The notes under the pieces are model-generated. The model did no database searches, was not told the DNA's origin, and saw only the letters and a program-made list of their open reading frames with translations. The translations under genes and the position numbers were made by a program. 64,000 nucleotides of DNA from Cyanobacteria bacterium auto_48_18 (GTDB taxonomy: Bacteria > Cyanobacteriota > Vampirovibrionia > Obscuribacterales > Obscuribacteraceae), in the NCBI GenBank assembly GCA_036170915.1, contig JAVHQC010000033.1, forward strand, positions 265,889-329,888, given 5' to 3'. Positions within the stretch are counted from its first letter, which is position 1, and the number at the start of each line of letters is the position of its first letter. Positions 20,229 through 30,622 of the stretch are shown in pieces.

Positions 20229-22795
20229 CTAGAATCACCTTTCTTTTTTTCAGCTTCGCTTTCGTTTTCAGCTTCTGGTAGCGGTTCAAGACCAAGTAAA
20301 AAGCGCACCATATTTAGTGGCGGGCGAATGCGTTCAAGATTGAGGTTGTCCTCTATTTCTTCGGTCAGTAATATTTCACCGGCAACAGGTTGTGTGTCTC
20401 TAACGCGCTCGCCAATCTGGCGACGCTCAGGGCTGGTAAATGTTGAAAATGTGCGCCGCAGAAGAGGCAATAATTCTGAGAAACTTTCCTGGTTAAGGCC
20501 CAGTAACCAACTGTCTAGCAGCTGCCAGAGGCGACTATCATGTATCAGTACCAGTGCGCTACCAGAGAGAAAGCCCTCCAGCCACTTACCTGCATACAGA
20601 GGTTCAGAACTTCGAGAAAGGGCAAACTGCATCATGCGCGCTGCTGCTAGTTCGTCAAGGGCGCGACCTTCGAATAACAGCCTGGTGGCTTTGCCGCTTA
20701 TGTGGCCATGAAGGCTGGCGTCTTCAGCCAACTTTGCCAGCACGCTGCGATAAGCCTTTAGATCTTCAGCAGAGTTTAACAAGAGCAAAGCGGCATTTAC
20801 TTCAGTTATTAATGCCTGCAGCGAATCGGCAGCTTCGTCATCTAATGACTGGCTGGCTGCCGGCAAACCAATTAAGACTCGGGTGACTAAACCGTCAATG
20901 ATTGATTTAACGGCACCAATGTCGGTGCCTCTGACATTGCCATAGCGCACCACACGCGCCAATGTAGGAATTGCTTTCATCAACTCAATTACATCACCGG
21001 CCATAGCTGCTTCGCTGTTGATGCGAGTCATTACCTGATTGAGGGCATCAGGCAAATCGGCTTCTAAGATTTTCTCAAGTAGATCTACCAGGGTAGCCAG
21101 GCTATTTGTTTTGCTGGCCACATCGGCGGCCCTCGCTGCAGCGGCCTGTTCAATAGTTCGGCCCCAGATGCCGGCTTCTATTAATCTGATGCTTAACTCC
21201 GGATACCATTCGAGGTCCCAGTTCTCATGAAAAGTTCCGCTTTTGCCGCGAATATATTGCTTTTCCGCCCAGTCGATATTAAGAATCAGCAAGCGATTTA
21301 AAAGTTCGCTGCGACTGAGATCAAGCGGTTTGCGCAAGTCAAGTTCGAGAATTTTTGCAATTGGTTCAGGCTTCATGCGCAATTTTGTTTGCAGCTGATT
21401 GAGATCTCGCTCAAGGGGCGTGCCTGGAGTATTTTCTGGTACTTGCCCGAGGCTCTCACCAACAATTAGCTTTTTGCGAATCAAGGCCAGCGGAGTATTA
21501 TTGCCGTTGCACAGCACGGTAATGATCGCCTCATTCAATTCGTCCAGGCCCGGATGCGCAAGCTCGCGCATGGCAGAAACTGCTTCAACCAGACGCAAGG
21601 TGTCGATTACTTGGGCTGATGAAGCATCAAGATCTTCATCGCGCAAAAGTTGCGCCACTTTGACTAGCCAGGTTAAGACAGGATTTTCTCGATGGCTGAA
21701 AATGTGTTGATACCACCCAGGTGAGTGCACTCCGGCACCATATCCGCTGGCAAATGAGAGGCGGCCGTGGGTCCAGGGTATCCAGGTGGCGTCTACTTTT
21801 TGCTTGGGTAAACCCTTTAGCAGTGCGCTGTCTTGCTTGGCCGGGGGCATATTCAGCAAGGCCGGCGTATGCCAGGCGCCGCATACTACAGCAATTTTGT
21901 TGAAATCTTTAGCGGCAACACGCATGGTCTGGCGCATGTGCGCTTCGCGTAGCGGTTCCATAATTATGTCTTCGTCAAAAATAATGCGTTCGCTGCCATC
22001 ATCAGAGACTTCTAGCTTGGCAGTCTTTGCGCGAGCATCAGGATCTTCTTCTGATGCCAGTTCTAATCGCAATACTTGCATGGCTTCGGCAATGGCGTCG
22101 AAAACAGAATTTGAATGGTCAACTGCACTGTCGATTTTGGCGGCGCGCTGTTCTACGATTTGCTCCCACCAGCGCTCACCATCACTAAAGCCAGCAGCTT
22201 CTGCCAGAGCACCGATGGGGTCTGCTTTGATGCGTTCTCTCAGCTCCTGCCGCTGTTTTAGAATTTGCTCTTGTTCTTGTTCAGCGAGTAAATCGTTTAA
22301 ATCTTGATTGTCTTCTGCTTGAACTTGATCAATTATTTCCTGGTGGTCTGCAGTTTCGTTTTGAGCCCCTTCAAGATCACCAGGTGCTTCAAGAGTGGGC
22401 CTCAACTCAAAATCTTGAGGCTGTGCAGGGGTGACAATGCCAGTGGCCTGCATTTTTTTTAGTTTGGCGGTGTTTAGCGCCAGCCAGTGACTTTGTGGCA
22501 AATCCATAAAGCGGCAGCAGATACCGTTGGAGACGGCATATTTAATCGCCTGCCATTCTGGGGAAAATTCAGCAAAAGGATAATAACTGGCTTGTCTGGG
22601 ATTATCTTGCGCGTATATGAGTAGTGCCACAGGTGGTGTCATGCCTGCTTCGGCCACCAGCGGCAAAATGCTGTTGCCTTCAGGCGGCCCTTCAATTAGA
22701 ACACAGTCAGGTTTAAACTGATTCAAGGCCGCCACAAGACTGTGGGCCGATCCTGGCCCATGATGCCTGATGCCGAATATCTTTGTCTCGGCCAT
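20225..22795 (-). CDS. DUF5682 (YehM-like) protein
   Basis: 'FGIRHHGPGSA', 'YPFAEFSPEWQA', 'VVCGAWH', 'SGYGAGVHSPGWY'. Confidence 0.9.
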   Translation of the reverse strand: MAETKIFGIRHHGPGSAHSLVAALNQFKPDCVLIEGPPEGNSILPLVAEAGMTPPVALLIYAQDNPRQASYYPFAEFSPEWQAIKYAVSNGICCRFMDLPQSHWLALNTAKLKKMQATGIVTPAQPQDFELRPTLEAPGDLEGAQNETADHQEIIDQVQAEDNQDLNDLLAEQEQEQILKQRQELRERIKADPIGALAEAAGFSDGERWWEQIVEQRAAKIDSAVDHSNSVFDAIAEAMQVLRLELASEEDPDARAKTAKLEVSDDGSERIIFDEDIIMEPLREAHMRQTMRVAAKDFNKIAVVCGAWHTPALLNMPPAKQDSALLKGLPKQKVDATWIPWTHGRLSFASGYGAGVHSPGWYQHIFSHRENPVLTWLVKVAQLLRDEDLDASSAQVIDTLRLVEAVSAMRELAHPGLDELNEAIITVLCNGNNTPLALIRKKLIVGESLGQVPENTPGTPLERDLNQLQTKLRMKPEPIAKILELDLRKPLDLSRSELLNRLLILNIDWAEKQYIRGKSGTFHENWDLEWYPELSIRLIEAGIWGRTIEQAAAARAADVASKTNSLATLVDLLEKILEADLPDALNQVMTRINSEAAMAGDVIELMKAIPTLARVVRYGNVRGTDIGAVKSIIDGLVTRVLIGLPAASQSLDDEAADSLQALITEVNAALLLLNSAEDLKAYRSVLAKLAEDASLHGHISGKATRLLFEGRALDELAAARMMQFALSRSSEPLYAGKWLEGFLSGSALVLIHDSRLWQLLDSWLLGLNQESFSELLPLLRRTFSTFTSPERRQIGERVRDTQPVAGEILLTEEIEDNLNLERIRPPLNMVRFLLGLEPLPEAENESEAEKKKGDSR

Positions 22796-23887
22796 TCAGG
22801 AGATATTGCGCAATGCGCGGTAGAAGTCTTTCCAACCTTCTCTTTCTTTCACTACAGTTTCGAGATACTCTCGAAATACCACAGCGTCTTGCACCGGATC
22901 TTTCACCACTGCACCGACAATGCTTGACGCCATGTCTTCGGCCTTAATAACACCATCGCCAAAATGACCGGCTAACGCCAGGCCGTTGTTGATCACAGAG
23001 ATCGCTTCAGCTGTGCTCAGGCTGCCGCTGGGAGACTTAAGTTTGTTTTTGCCATCAAGAGTGGTGCCATTACGAAGCTCTCTAAAGATGGTAACTACCC
23101 TTCTTATTTCTTCCAGAGCTGGTGGTTCAGCTGGTAACTCGAGAGCTCGACCCAGGGCTTCCGTGCGCCGCGCCACAATGTCTACTTCTTCTTCAATACT
23201 GGCTGGTACCGGCAAGACCACAGTATTGAAGCGCCTTTTCAATGCACTGGAAAGATCGTTGACACCTTTATCTCTATCGTTGGCAGTAGCAATTACATTG
23301 AAGCCTTTGACCGCTTGTACTTCGTCACCGAGTTCAGGAATTGGTAGGGTTTTTTCAGACAGTATAGTAATCAATGAGTCTTGCACGTCAGCAGGTATAC
23401 GGGTCAGTTCTTCTATACGCGCAATTTTGCCGTGGCGCATGGCTTGCATCACCGGGCTGGAAACAAGAGCGTTGATTGAAGGGCCATCAGCAATCAAGCG
23501 CGCATAATTCCAGCCGTAGCGAATTTGCTCTTCAGCCATACCTGCCGTACCCTGAACGAGTAGCGTAGAATCTAAACTAATTGCTGCCGCCAAATGCTCA
23601 GATACCCAGGTTTTCGCCGTGCCCGGCACTCCTAAAAGTAAAAGCGCGCGGTCAGTGGTAAGTGTGGCAATGGCAATTTCAATGATGCGCTTGTTGCCGA
23701 TATATTTAGGCGTGATTTCAAAACCGTTTTCTAGTGTGCCGCCCATCAAGTATTGCATCACCGCCCATGGTGACAACTTCCAGCTTGGTGGCTTTTGTCT
23801 TTTGTCTATTTCGGCCAGTGCAGTCAGCTCGTGCGCATACTGAGTTTCAGCGTGTTCTCGCAATACTTGAGCCAGTGTTTCGGTCAT
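22796..23887 (-). CDS. MoxR-type AAA+ ATPase (YehL-like)
   Basis: Walker A 'GVPGTAKT', 'ARIEELTR', 'ATANDRDKGVNDLSSALKRRF'. Confidence 0.92.
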   Translation of the reverse strand: MTETLAQVLREHAETQYAHELTALAEIDKRQKPPSWKLSPWAVMQYLMGGTLENGFEITPKYIGNKRIIEIAIATLTTDRALLLLGVPGTAKTWVSEHLAAAISLDSTLLVQGTAGMAEEQIRYGWNYARLIADGPSINALVSSPVMQAMRHGKIARIEELTRIPADVQDSLITILSEKTLPIPELGDEVQAVKGFNVIATANDRDKGVNDLSSALKRRFNTVVLPVPASIEEEVDIVARRTEALGRALELPAEPPALEEIRRVVTIFRELRNGTTLDGKNKLKSPSGSLSTAEAISVINNGLALAGHFGDGVIKAEDMASSIVGAVVKDPVQDAVVFREYLETVVKEREGWKDFYRALRNIS

Positions 23888-23904
23888 GTGGTGGGTCCCT
23901 TCTG

Positions 23905-25518
23905 TTAGTTGGCGTTGGCGGTATAGTCAGCTGTATTATTAAACGATTGAAAAATATCGTAGCGTAATTTGACCGTATCGGTCATGCGCTCGAGTGCATT
24001 GCGTCGGTAAATGTCGGCGGTATCTGCGTCGATGTTGATTTGATCGGTGAGCTCACCGGCGACAATGTGCATGCGCAGGGCAAAATTGCTGGCGTTGCTA
24101 TAGAAAGTGTGGCCGAAGACCGGCACCTTTTCGCGGCTTTCTTTGATGATAAATTTGATTATTTCGCGGGTAAATCTTTCGCTCCAGTTAAAATCGACTT
24201 GTTCGAGGTAGTACCATAAATCAAGTCTTGGAGCGGCTTTAGTATTGTCGCGTGCTTGCGACCAGCTCGGTAATTTTCGCAAAATAAGATTTTCTAGAGT
24301 TTCTTGCGGCAAGGCCTTCAGTAGTGTTAATCCGGCTTGCGAATCGGTGATATTTAGATCTTCGCGTTGTAGCAGAGCCTGCTGCATTTCTCCACCAAAC
24401 TTAGCCGCTGCTGCCATGAAAGCCAGTGAAAGAACCAGCGACCATTCGCTGTTTGCCAGGGCGGCCTCCAGCAGCTCGCTAGCGTTCAGGCCAAATTTTT
24501 GCTCAAAGTGTGAAGGTGGAACTAAACTTAGTATCTGGCAGAGCCAGTTCGCTTTTGCACCAATGCGTGAGTCAAGATACATGGGTGAGCTATCAACGAT
24601 TCCATCACGCAACATCGAATCGTCTAATTCTTCAGGTAGTTGGACTGCTATTTTGTTATTTTCGAGAGAAAGATAAAGATCTGCTCGCGCAATCATTCTT
24701 TGTTGCAGTCGTGAGCCAGGTATTAATCCCAGAGCTGTGGCCGCCTGGGCACGCACTTCTTTGCGCCTGTCTTTCAGCGTGTCTTCGAGAAAGGGTTCAT
24801 CAGAAAACTGAAGCTTTTTGCTCAACACTTTTAAGAATGCCGCTTTATTTTCAAATGATTCTTTTTCAAAAGAATTTGAAAGCAATGTGAGCGCTTCTTC
24901 AGGCCAGAGAGTGCGCATTGATGCGAAGGCCTGCAATCGTTCTCTTTGTTCGCCAGTCTCAAAAGTTTGAATTAAGACTTGTTTGTCGATACTTTGCTTA
25001 CTCGTGTAATTGGCGCGCCATTCTTCATTTAAACTTAAAAGCCAATCAAAATGTTGGCCACAACAAAGGCCAATCAACTGGTGCATTTCAGTTAAACTTT
25101 TTCCCCAGTCTAATAAGCGCGGCACAAACTCTTCAGGCATCCGTTGCTGGGCGTGTTCACATAAGGCGAGCCATTCTGAAATAATTTTGAAATGCTTTAG
25201 CTCGCTGCTTTTTGCTTCTAGTGTCAACACTTGAATTAATAGAGACAGTGACCGTTCACTGACTTTTTGTCGAGTTTCTGGCGGGCAGGCCCGTAACTCG
25301 CATGTGAAACTACCTGGCATCACACCCGCTTTTTTAGCAATGCTGATGGCCGTTAATTGATCAATCAATAAACGTTCTTGAGGAAGTTCTCGTTCGCCTA
25401 ATGCGGCAATGGTGCAACCAAGATCGCCTCCTGAAAGAATGGCGCTGAGCGGTTTTCGATCTGTGCCGAGGATGGCTGTTTCGGTCAATTCATGAAAGGG
25501 ATTTTTTGCCTGTCTCAT
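23905..25518 (-). CDS. DUF5691-like helical repeat protein
   Basis: 'ETAILGTDR', 'DEPFLEDTLKDRRKEVRAQAA', operon position. Confidence 0.75.
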   Translation of the reverse strand: MRQAKNPFHELTETAILGTDRKPLSAILSGGDLGCTIAALGERELPQERLLIDQLTAISIAKKAGVMPGSFTCELRACPPETRQKVSERSLSLLIQVLTLEAKSSELKHFKIISEWLALCEHAQQRMPEEFVPRLLDWGKSLTEMHQLIGLCCGQHFDWLLSLNEEWRANYTSKQSIDKQVLIQTFETGEQRERLQAFASMRTLWPEEALTLLSNSFEKESFENKAAFLKVLSKKLQFSDEPFLEDTLKDRRKEVRAQAATALGLIPGSRLQQRMIARADLYLSLENNKIAVQLPEELDDSMLRDGIVDSSPMYLDSRIGAKANWLCQILSLVPPSHFEQKFGLNASELLEAALANSEWSLVLSLAFMAAAAKFGGEMQQALLQREDLNITDSQAGLTLLKALPQETLENLILRKLPSWSQARDNTKAAPRLDLWYYLEQVDFNWSERFTREIIKFIIKESREKVPVFGHTFYSNASNFALRMHIVAGELTDQINIDADTADIYRRNALERMTDTVKLRYDIFQSFNNTADYTANAN

Positions 25519-26864
25519 TAGACTTCCACCGTCTGCAATTTCAAGTAATTGCCGTTTTTAAAGGCAGAAAGTGGTTTAAGTGTGGTGCCATCCCACTCTC
25601 CAAAGAGTGAGAGCGGCTCACCGCCTGAATAGCTGGTAAGCTGCCAGCCAACTTCGTCACGGGCGAACAAAGGAAGCCCAGCTTTTTCTTGATCAATTAA
25701 CCACCATTTCCCGTCTTTGGTTTTATGTGGTATCACTTTCTGCAAAAGCAATGGCATGGTATCAAGCCACGGCGTTTTCGCTAAGGCTTCAGCGTAGCTG
25801 TTTAGAGCCAGAGAAACTGAAGAGCCTTCAAGATATGGAGCCATGGCCGGTTCGCTATTTTTTGTTTTAATTAAGGCGCGTTGCTTGAGCGACCCTTGAT
25901 AGAAAACCAATTCCGCTTGATAAAAAATACCCGCAATCAGCATGACATCAAACGGGGCGTTGCCGTGAGCAAAACTGAGAACTAATGCCGACTGTCCCTT
26001 TTTTCCCCAGAGCCAGCTTTTTTGCACACGCAGCCGATCTTGAGTGTAATTGTATTGCCCCACTACTAGCCAGAAGTCGTCTACGCTGTGACCAGCTCCG
26101 GCCAGAAGTTCTTCTTGGCTTTGATTGATGCCAATGGCGGTAAGGACATCGGCTTTCAGCTCAGGTGATAGCTGGTCTATTTTGAGAAAAGTTCGACAAA
26201 TCAAATTGATGGTAGAAAGTTTGTCTATAAGAGCGTTTTCCCAGTCGCTGGTACGGGCGCAAATTTCAGCACATTCACTCACTAGCCGCGCTAAACCTGG
26301 TGCCTGAGCGTCAACAAGGCGGGCTGCGCGGTTTTTCCAAAATGCGAATGGTTGTTTTTTCACAGAGCCAATGCCCTGACGCATTAAATCGATGACGAAG
26401 AGCTCCAGCTCCTCGATTCCCGCTTGTATTTTGCTCAGCCGGTCTTGTTTTCGTTTATCTTTTGACTGAAGCAATTCTTCCAATTGCTCTGGAGTTCGCT
26501 CTACATCGTCTTTGCGCTTTGCTTTGCTGCCTCTGGTGGCCAACCAATCTGCCACCCATGACGGTATTTCGGCCTGGCCGAAAAGCTCCCCTTGGGCCAC
26601 GTACAACATCATCAGGGCGAGACTATGCTTGCAAGGAAATTTGCGACTGGGACAACTGCATTTGAATGCTGGGCCATTTAAATCTGCGCGAGTCTGGTAA
26701 GGCGATGAACCCGAACCCTGGCACTGGCCCCAAATGGCAAGACCATCTGCGCTTTTGCCCAAATTTTTCCATTTTCCAGGCGTGCTTAAGTCGCGCCCAG
26801 CCTTGGCCGCGGCAGAGTCAGGCGCAAGTTCTAAGACTTGTTCTGCTGTGAACTCAAACGTCAT
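25518..26864 (-). CDS. SWIM zinc-finger protein (YehQ-like)
   Basis: 'WGQCQGSGSSPYQT', 'CSCPSRKFPCKH', 'AARLVDAQAPGLA'. Confidence 0.9.
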   Translation of the reverse strand: MTFEFTAEQVLELAPDSAAAKAGRDLSTPGKWKNLGKSADGLAIWGQCQGSGSSPYQTRADLNGPAFKCSCPSRKFPCKHSLALMMLYVAQGELFGQAEIPSWVADWLATRGSKAKRKDDVERTPEQLEELLQSKDKRKQDRLSKIQAGIEELELFVIDLMRQGIGSVKKQPFAFWKNRAARLVDAQAPGLARLVSECAEICARTSDWENALIDKLSTINLICRTFLKIDQLSPELKADVLTAIGINQSQEELLAGAGHSVDDFWLVVGQYNYTQDRLRVQKSWLWGKKGQSALVLSFAHGNAPFDVMLIAGIFYQAELVFYQGSLKQRALIKTKNSEPAMAPYLEGSSVSLALNSYAEALAKTPWLDTMPLLLQKVIPHKTKDGKWWLIDQEKAGLPLFARDEVGWQLTSYSGGEPLSLFGEWDGTTLKPLSAFKNGNYLKLQTVEV

Positions 26865-26976
26865 TGCTATAGAGTATAAATTTTGGGCGCTAAAATGTAC
26901 TTGACTAGCCGTTTCTTGAAGAATTTGCAGGTTAAAGGTTTTGCTTATTTGTGGCTATGGCCAGGCAGGTTAACTT

Positions 26977-27963
26977 TCAATCAATATTGCCGCTCTTGCG
27001 GTGAAAACGGCTGACGATGTTGGGATCAGGATAAAGTCGCACCCTGGCCTCCGATTTTCCCTCATAATCTAGCAAACTCAAAACATAACGAATGCTCTCT
27101 AGTCGGGCCATGCGCTTATCGTTCGCTCTGACCACAATCCACGGGCTGTAAGACATGTGCGTGCGACTGAACATTTCTTCTTTGTGAGTTGTGTATTCTC
27201 GCCAGAGTTCCTGGGCCTGATCATCAATTGGGCTCAGTTTCCACTGCTTCAGCGGATTTGTGCGCCTTGATTCAAAGCGTTTTTTCTGTTCGTCTTTTGA
27301 GATTGAAAACCAGAATTTGATGATGATCACACCATCTTCATAGAGCATATGCTCAAACTCGGGCACTTGTTGAATAAATCTTTGATATTCCAATTTAGTG
27401 CAAAAGCCATTGACTGGCTCAACCACAGCGCGGTTGTACCAGCTGCGATCAAAGAAAACTATCTCTCCGGCATTAGGCAACTGCAGAGTGTAACGCTGAA
27501 AGTACCATTGACCAGTTTCTTCGTGTGTTGGTTTTGGCAGGGCCACTACGCGCATAGAGCGTGGGTTGAGATGCTCAGTGAAGCGCCTGATTGTTCCGCC
27601 TTTTCCGGCAGCGTCTCGACCTTCCATAAGAATGGCAATACGAAGACCTTTCTCTTGCACCCACCGCTGCAATTTGACCAACTCTACTTGCAGTTTTTCC
27701 AGCTCTTCTTCGTACTCTAAATCGGTGAGAAGATCTTTGATTCTTATTTCTTTGGCTGCTAGTAAAGTGCGCAGGCCCTTTTGTGTGTTGACGCGCACTA
27801 GATCAGCTGACGTGATTTTGTTTTCGGTTTTACTAATCGGCAGCTTTTTCACTTTGCTTGCGTCGCCATTATTTTCATGCGGGTCGACGTTTTTGAGTGC
27901 CACGACCTCGACATCTACAGGGCTGGCACTGATTTTATTATTCTTTTTCCCATCTGCGTTCAT
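26977..27963 (-). CDS. ppk2: Polyphosphate kinase 2
   Basis: 'EGRDAAGKGG', 'QWYFQRY', 'FDRSWYNRA', 'KQWKLSP'. Confidence 0.95.
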   Translation of the reverse strand: MNADGKKNNKISASPVDVEVVALKNVDPHENNGDASKVKKLPISKTENKITSADLVRVNTQKGLRTLLAAKEIRIKDLLTDLEYEEELEKLQVELVKLQRWVQEKGLRIAILMEGRDAAGKGGTIRRFTEHLNPRSMRVVALPKPTHEETGQWYFQRYTLQLPNAGEIVFFDRSWYNRAVVEPVNGFCTKLEYQRFIQQVPEFEHMLYEDGVIIIKFWFSISKDEQKKRFESRRTNPLKQWKLSPIDDQAQELWREYTTHKEEMFSRTHMSYSPWIVVRANDKRMARLESIRYVLSLLDYEGKSEARVRLYPDPNIVSRFHRKSGNID

Positions 27964-28040
27964 AATCTGTCATCCCCCCACCCATTGCTTCTTTATGCCA
28001 CGGCAGGTGTTAACATAGCCCTCCACGATTATGAGGCTCT

Positions 28041-28868
28041 ATGCATACTTTACTTTTCAAAAACAGAGCGCTGGCCGCCATCGCCTCTTGCCTGACGTTG
28101 ATTTCATTATTCGCCATGCCTGCCCAATCTCAGGTAAATCAGATTAATTCGGTGGTTTTTGGTGATCAAGTGGCTCGCTTTATGGACGACCCGAGCAACG
28201 GTATGCCCATTCGCAACACAGCTGCTGACTACAGCGCCAGGGTGCCATTTATCACCGGCGCCAAGGTGATCATATATAGCCCTAATGGTGAGACCTTTGT
28301 TACAGTCTCTGGCAATACCGCTTCATTGTGGAATGCCGCTAAAGGCACTGAAATTATGGCTCTACAGCATGGCTCGACAATTCGCTGGATTGCTTATAGT
28401 CGCGACGGCTCTTATGTGGTCACTACAGGTAGTGATTATTCACGCACCTGGAATGCACTTAGTGGTGAGTTTAAAAAGCAGTTGGATCATCAAAACAATG
28501 TGCTGCAACTTGTGCTCAGTCAAGACAGCAAGTGTATAGCGGTCACCACTGCTGAGAATTTTCAGTTATGGTCTGCGAGTCAGGGCTTGATGACTTTGAA
28601 AATGCCTCAGAGCAACCCCGTTACCTCACTGATTATTAATCCTGATGGCACACAGGTCGTCACTCTAGATGGTACCAATGCCAAATTATGGCGCACCGCC
28701 AATGGTGCAGAAATTGGCACAATTGCCCACGAGTTGCCTATACGTGCTGCGATGTTCAGCCCCGACGGCCGATATTTGCTCTGTGCCACTGACTCGTGGA
28801 CATATCTGTGGGATGCAAAACAATTCATCAAGATTGCCAATGTTCAATATGGCGGCGGTTACAAATAA
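28041..28868 (+). CDS. Secreted WD40-repeat protein
   Basis: Repeats 'SPNGETFVT...ASLWN', 'SRDGSYVVT...RTWN', 'NPDGTQVVT...AKLW', 'SPDGRYLL...YLWD'. Confidence 0.85.
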   Translation: MHTLLFKNRALAAIASCLTLISLFAMPAQSQVNQINSVVFGDQVARFMDDPSNGMPIRNTAADYSARVPFITGAKVIIYSPNGETFVTVSGNTASLWNAAKGTEIMALQHGSTIRWIAYSRDGSYVVTTGSDYSRTWNALSGEFKKQLDHQNNVLQLVLSQDSKCIAVTTAENFQLWSASQGLMTLKMPQSNPVTSLIINPDGTQVVTLDGTNAKLWRTANGAEIGTIAHELPIRAAMFSPDGRYLLCATDSWTYLWDAKQFIKIANVQYGGGYK

Positions 28869-28876
28869 ACCCTATC

Positions 28877-29668
28877 CTAGTTTGATTCTCGATCTACTTG
28901 AATTTTTGATTTCTCTTCGCCCTCAGGCTTGAGAGCCAGAGCCTCTATGGCTTTCAAGGCCTCAGCCCGGTTCAGCTTTAGCAGGCCCTGGGCCACTTCC
29001 ATGAGCGGATAGAGCTCTTGATCGCTTTTCTCGGCAAGATAGTCAGGCAATAGATCTTGATCTCTTAAAGTGCGCATTGTTCTCACTGCATGAGGCGCTC
29101 TGGCGAAGGCGATTGATATTCCAGCCAGGGCCAGACAGGCAATAGAGCCGGCACAGCCGATGTGAAAAAGCCCTGCCAGTGCGGCCCCATTGCCGCGCAG
29201 CCAGCCGTGGTGAACAAGAAAATATTGCACTGTCGGCACCAGCAAAAATGTCAGCATAATGAAAAGCAGATTGGTGAGCATGAGAAATAAGCCCCGGTCT
29301 ATTCCCTGATTTTGAATCAGAGAAATTTTGCGCTCAAACAATAGTGCTTGCAGTCTATAAAAGAGCGGCATCGAGCAAATCAAAATCAATAGCAGATTAG
29401 AGGCAATGAAAAGCAGCGATCGAGCAGAAAACTGGTTTGTTGTTTCTACCGAAAGAACAGCATCATAGCCCGAGTGCGCAAAACACCAGGCGGCCACACA
29501 GTTTATGATTACCAAACAGGCCAGATATAGACGCAGTTGCTGCGGCAAAATTGCTCGCGGCCAACCTAAGCCTTTACGTTTGCACGCCGCAATGATTATG
29601 GCTGTCAATACCATCAGTGGTGCCAACATGACCAGGGTGAATGCAGACCATTGAAAAATATTGGGCAT
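28877..29668 (-). CDS. Hypothetical multi-pass membrane protein
   Basis: About 5 hydrophobic segments; 1-bp overlap with the upstream DUF4279 gene. Confidence 0.7.
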   Translation of the reverse strand: MPNIFQWSAFTLVMLAPLMVLTAIIIAACKRKGLGWPRAILPQQLRLYLACLVIINCVAAWCFAHSGYDAVLSVETTNQFSARSLLFIASNLLLILICSMPLFYRLQALLFERKISLIQNQGIDRGLFLMLTNLLFIMLTFLLVPTVQYFLVHHGWLRGNGAALAGLFHIGCAGSIACLALAGISIAFARAPHAVRTMRTLRDQDLLPDYLAEKSDQELYPLMEVAQGLLKLNRAEALKAIEALALKPEGEEKSKIQVDRESN

Positions 29669-30123
29669 CAGTCAAGTATTGAAAGATCCATTGGCTGGTC
29701 TAAATAGACATCAAACCAGAGTGGAATGCGCAGATTGGCCACCCGGGTCATAAGTTCAGGAGTGAGCGCCGGGCAGGTATTCCACGAATTTGAGAACCAT
29801 GCCACCACCAGGTCAACTGTATAACCGTCTTTTTGTAATCTACTGATGTTATTGCCGTGGTTGGCCATGGCATCCACCATCCATTCAATGTGTTTCATAG
29901 CATCATTGCTGCGAATAGCATGCTTTGAAGACAACAACCAACCGCCAGTTTTGGCTTCAAATTTAGCGCTGCTGCCGTGATTTTCCACAGTGATTACTTC
30001 GCCCATTTTCCACGCCTTAGTCGGCTTGACTTCAAACAAGTCAGTCAATGATGCTGGTTCCAAGTCGGCATGATAAATGCGCAAAGTGGCATAAGTTTCT
30101 TGGGGATGAGTTTCAAAATTCAT
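29668..30123 (-). CDS. DUF4279 family protein (copy 2)
   Basis: 'ATLRIY...LEPASLTDLFEVKPTKAWKMG...GGWLLSS...LTPELMTRVANLRIPLWFDVY'. Confidence 0.8.
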   Translation of the reverse strand: MNFETHPQETYATLRIYHADLEPASLTDLFEVKPTKAWKMGEVITVENHGSSAKFEAKTGGWLLSSKHAIRSNDAMKHIEWMVDAMANHGNNISRLQKDGYTVDLVVAWFSNSWNTCPALTPELMTRVANLRIPLWFDVYLDQPMDLSILD

Positions 30124-30126
30124 TTG

Positions 30127-30609
30127 TCAGATTAGCTCGCCTTCTTCTGAACCAAATAAATAAACATCGAACCAGATGGGTAAACTGAGCTTGCCAAGTC
30201 GACGCATTATTTCTGGTGTTAAAGCCGGAGTGGTATTCCAAGATGAGGCGTGCCAGCCCACTACTACGTCAACCATAAAGCCGTGATCTTGCAGATCTTT
30301 TATGGTGCCGGCTTTGCCGGTTAATTGATCTAATAACCAATCTATATGAGCCATGGCATTATTGCCGCGAATTACTGTTCGTGAGCTGAGCAACCAACCC
30401 CCAGAGGGAGCTTTGTGCCCCAGGCGCTTCCGCCAGCCGTATTCGTCATCGCCACAGCGCCAGGCTACTGACGGAGTGATTTCAAGAAGCTCAGTGATTT
30501 GGTCAGGCTCGAGGCCCGGATGATAGACGCGAAAGGTCGCCCGCACTCTTTCTGGTCCGGTGGCGCGCTCGAGGGTTCTGTCTTCGCCAAGCTCGTCTAT
30601 TTGATGCAT
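30127..30609 (-). CDS. DUF4279 family protein (copy 1)
   Basis: 'ATFRVY...LEPDQITELLEITPSVAWRCG...GGWLLSS...LTPEIMRRLGKLSLPIWFDVY'. Confidence 0.8.
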   Translation of the reverse strand: MHQIDELGEDRTLERATGPERVRATFRVYHPGLEPDQITELLEITPSVAWRCGDDEYGWRKRLGHKAPSGGWLLSSRTVIRGNNAMAHIDWLLDQLTGKAGTIKDLQDHGFMVDVVVGWHASSWNTTPALTPEIMRRLGKLSLPIWFDVYLFGSEEGELI

Positions 30610-30622
30610 CGAGTTTCCTGTG

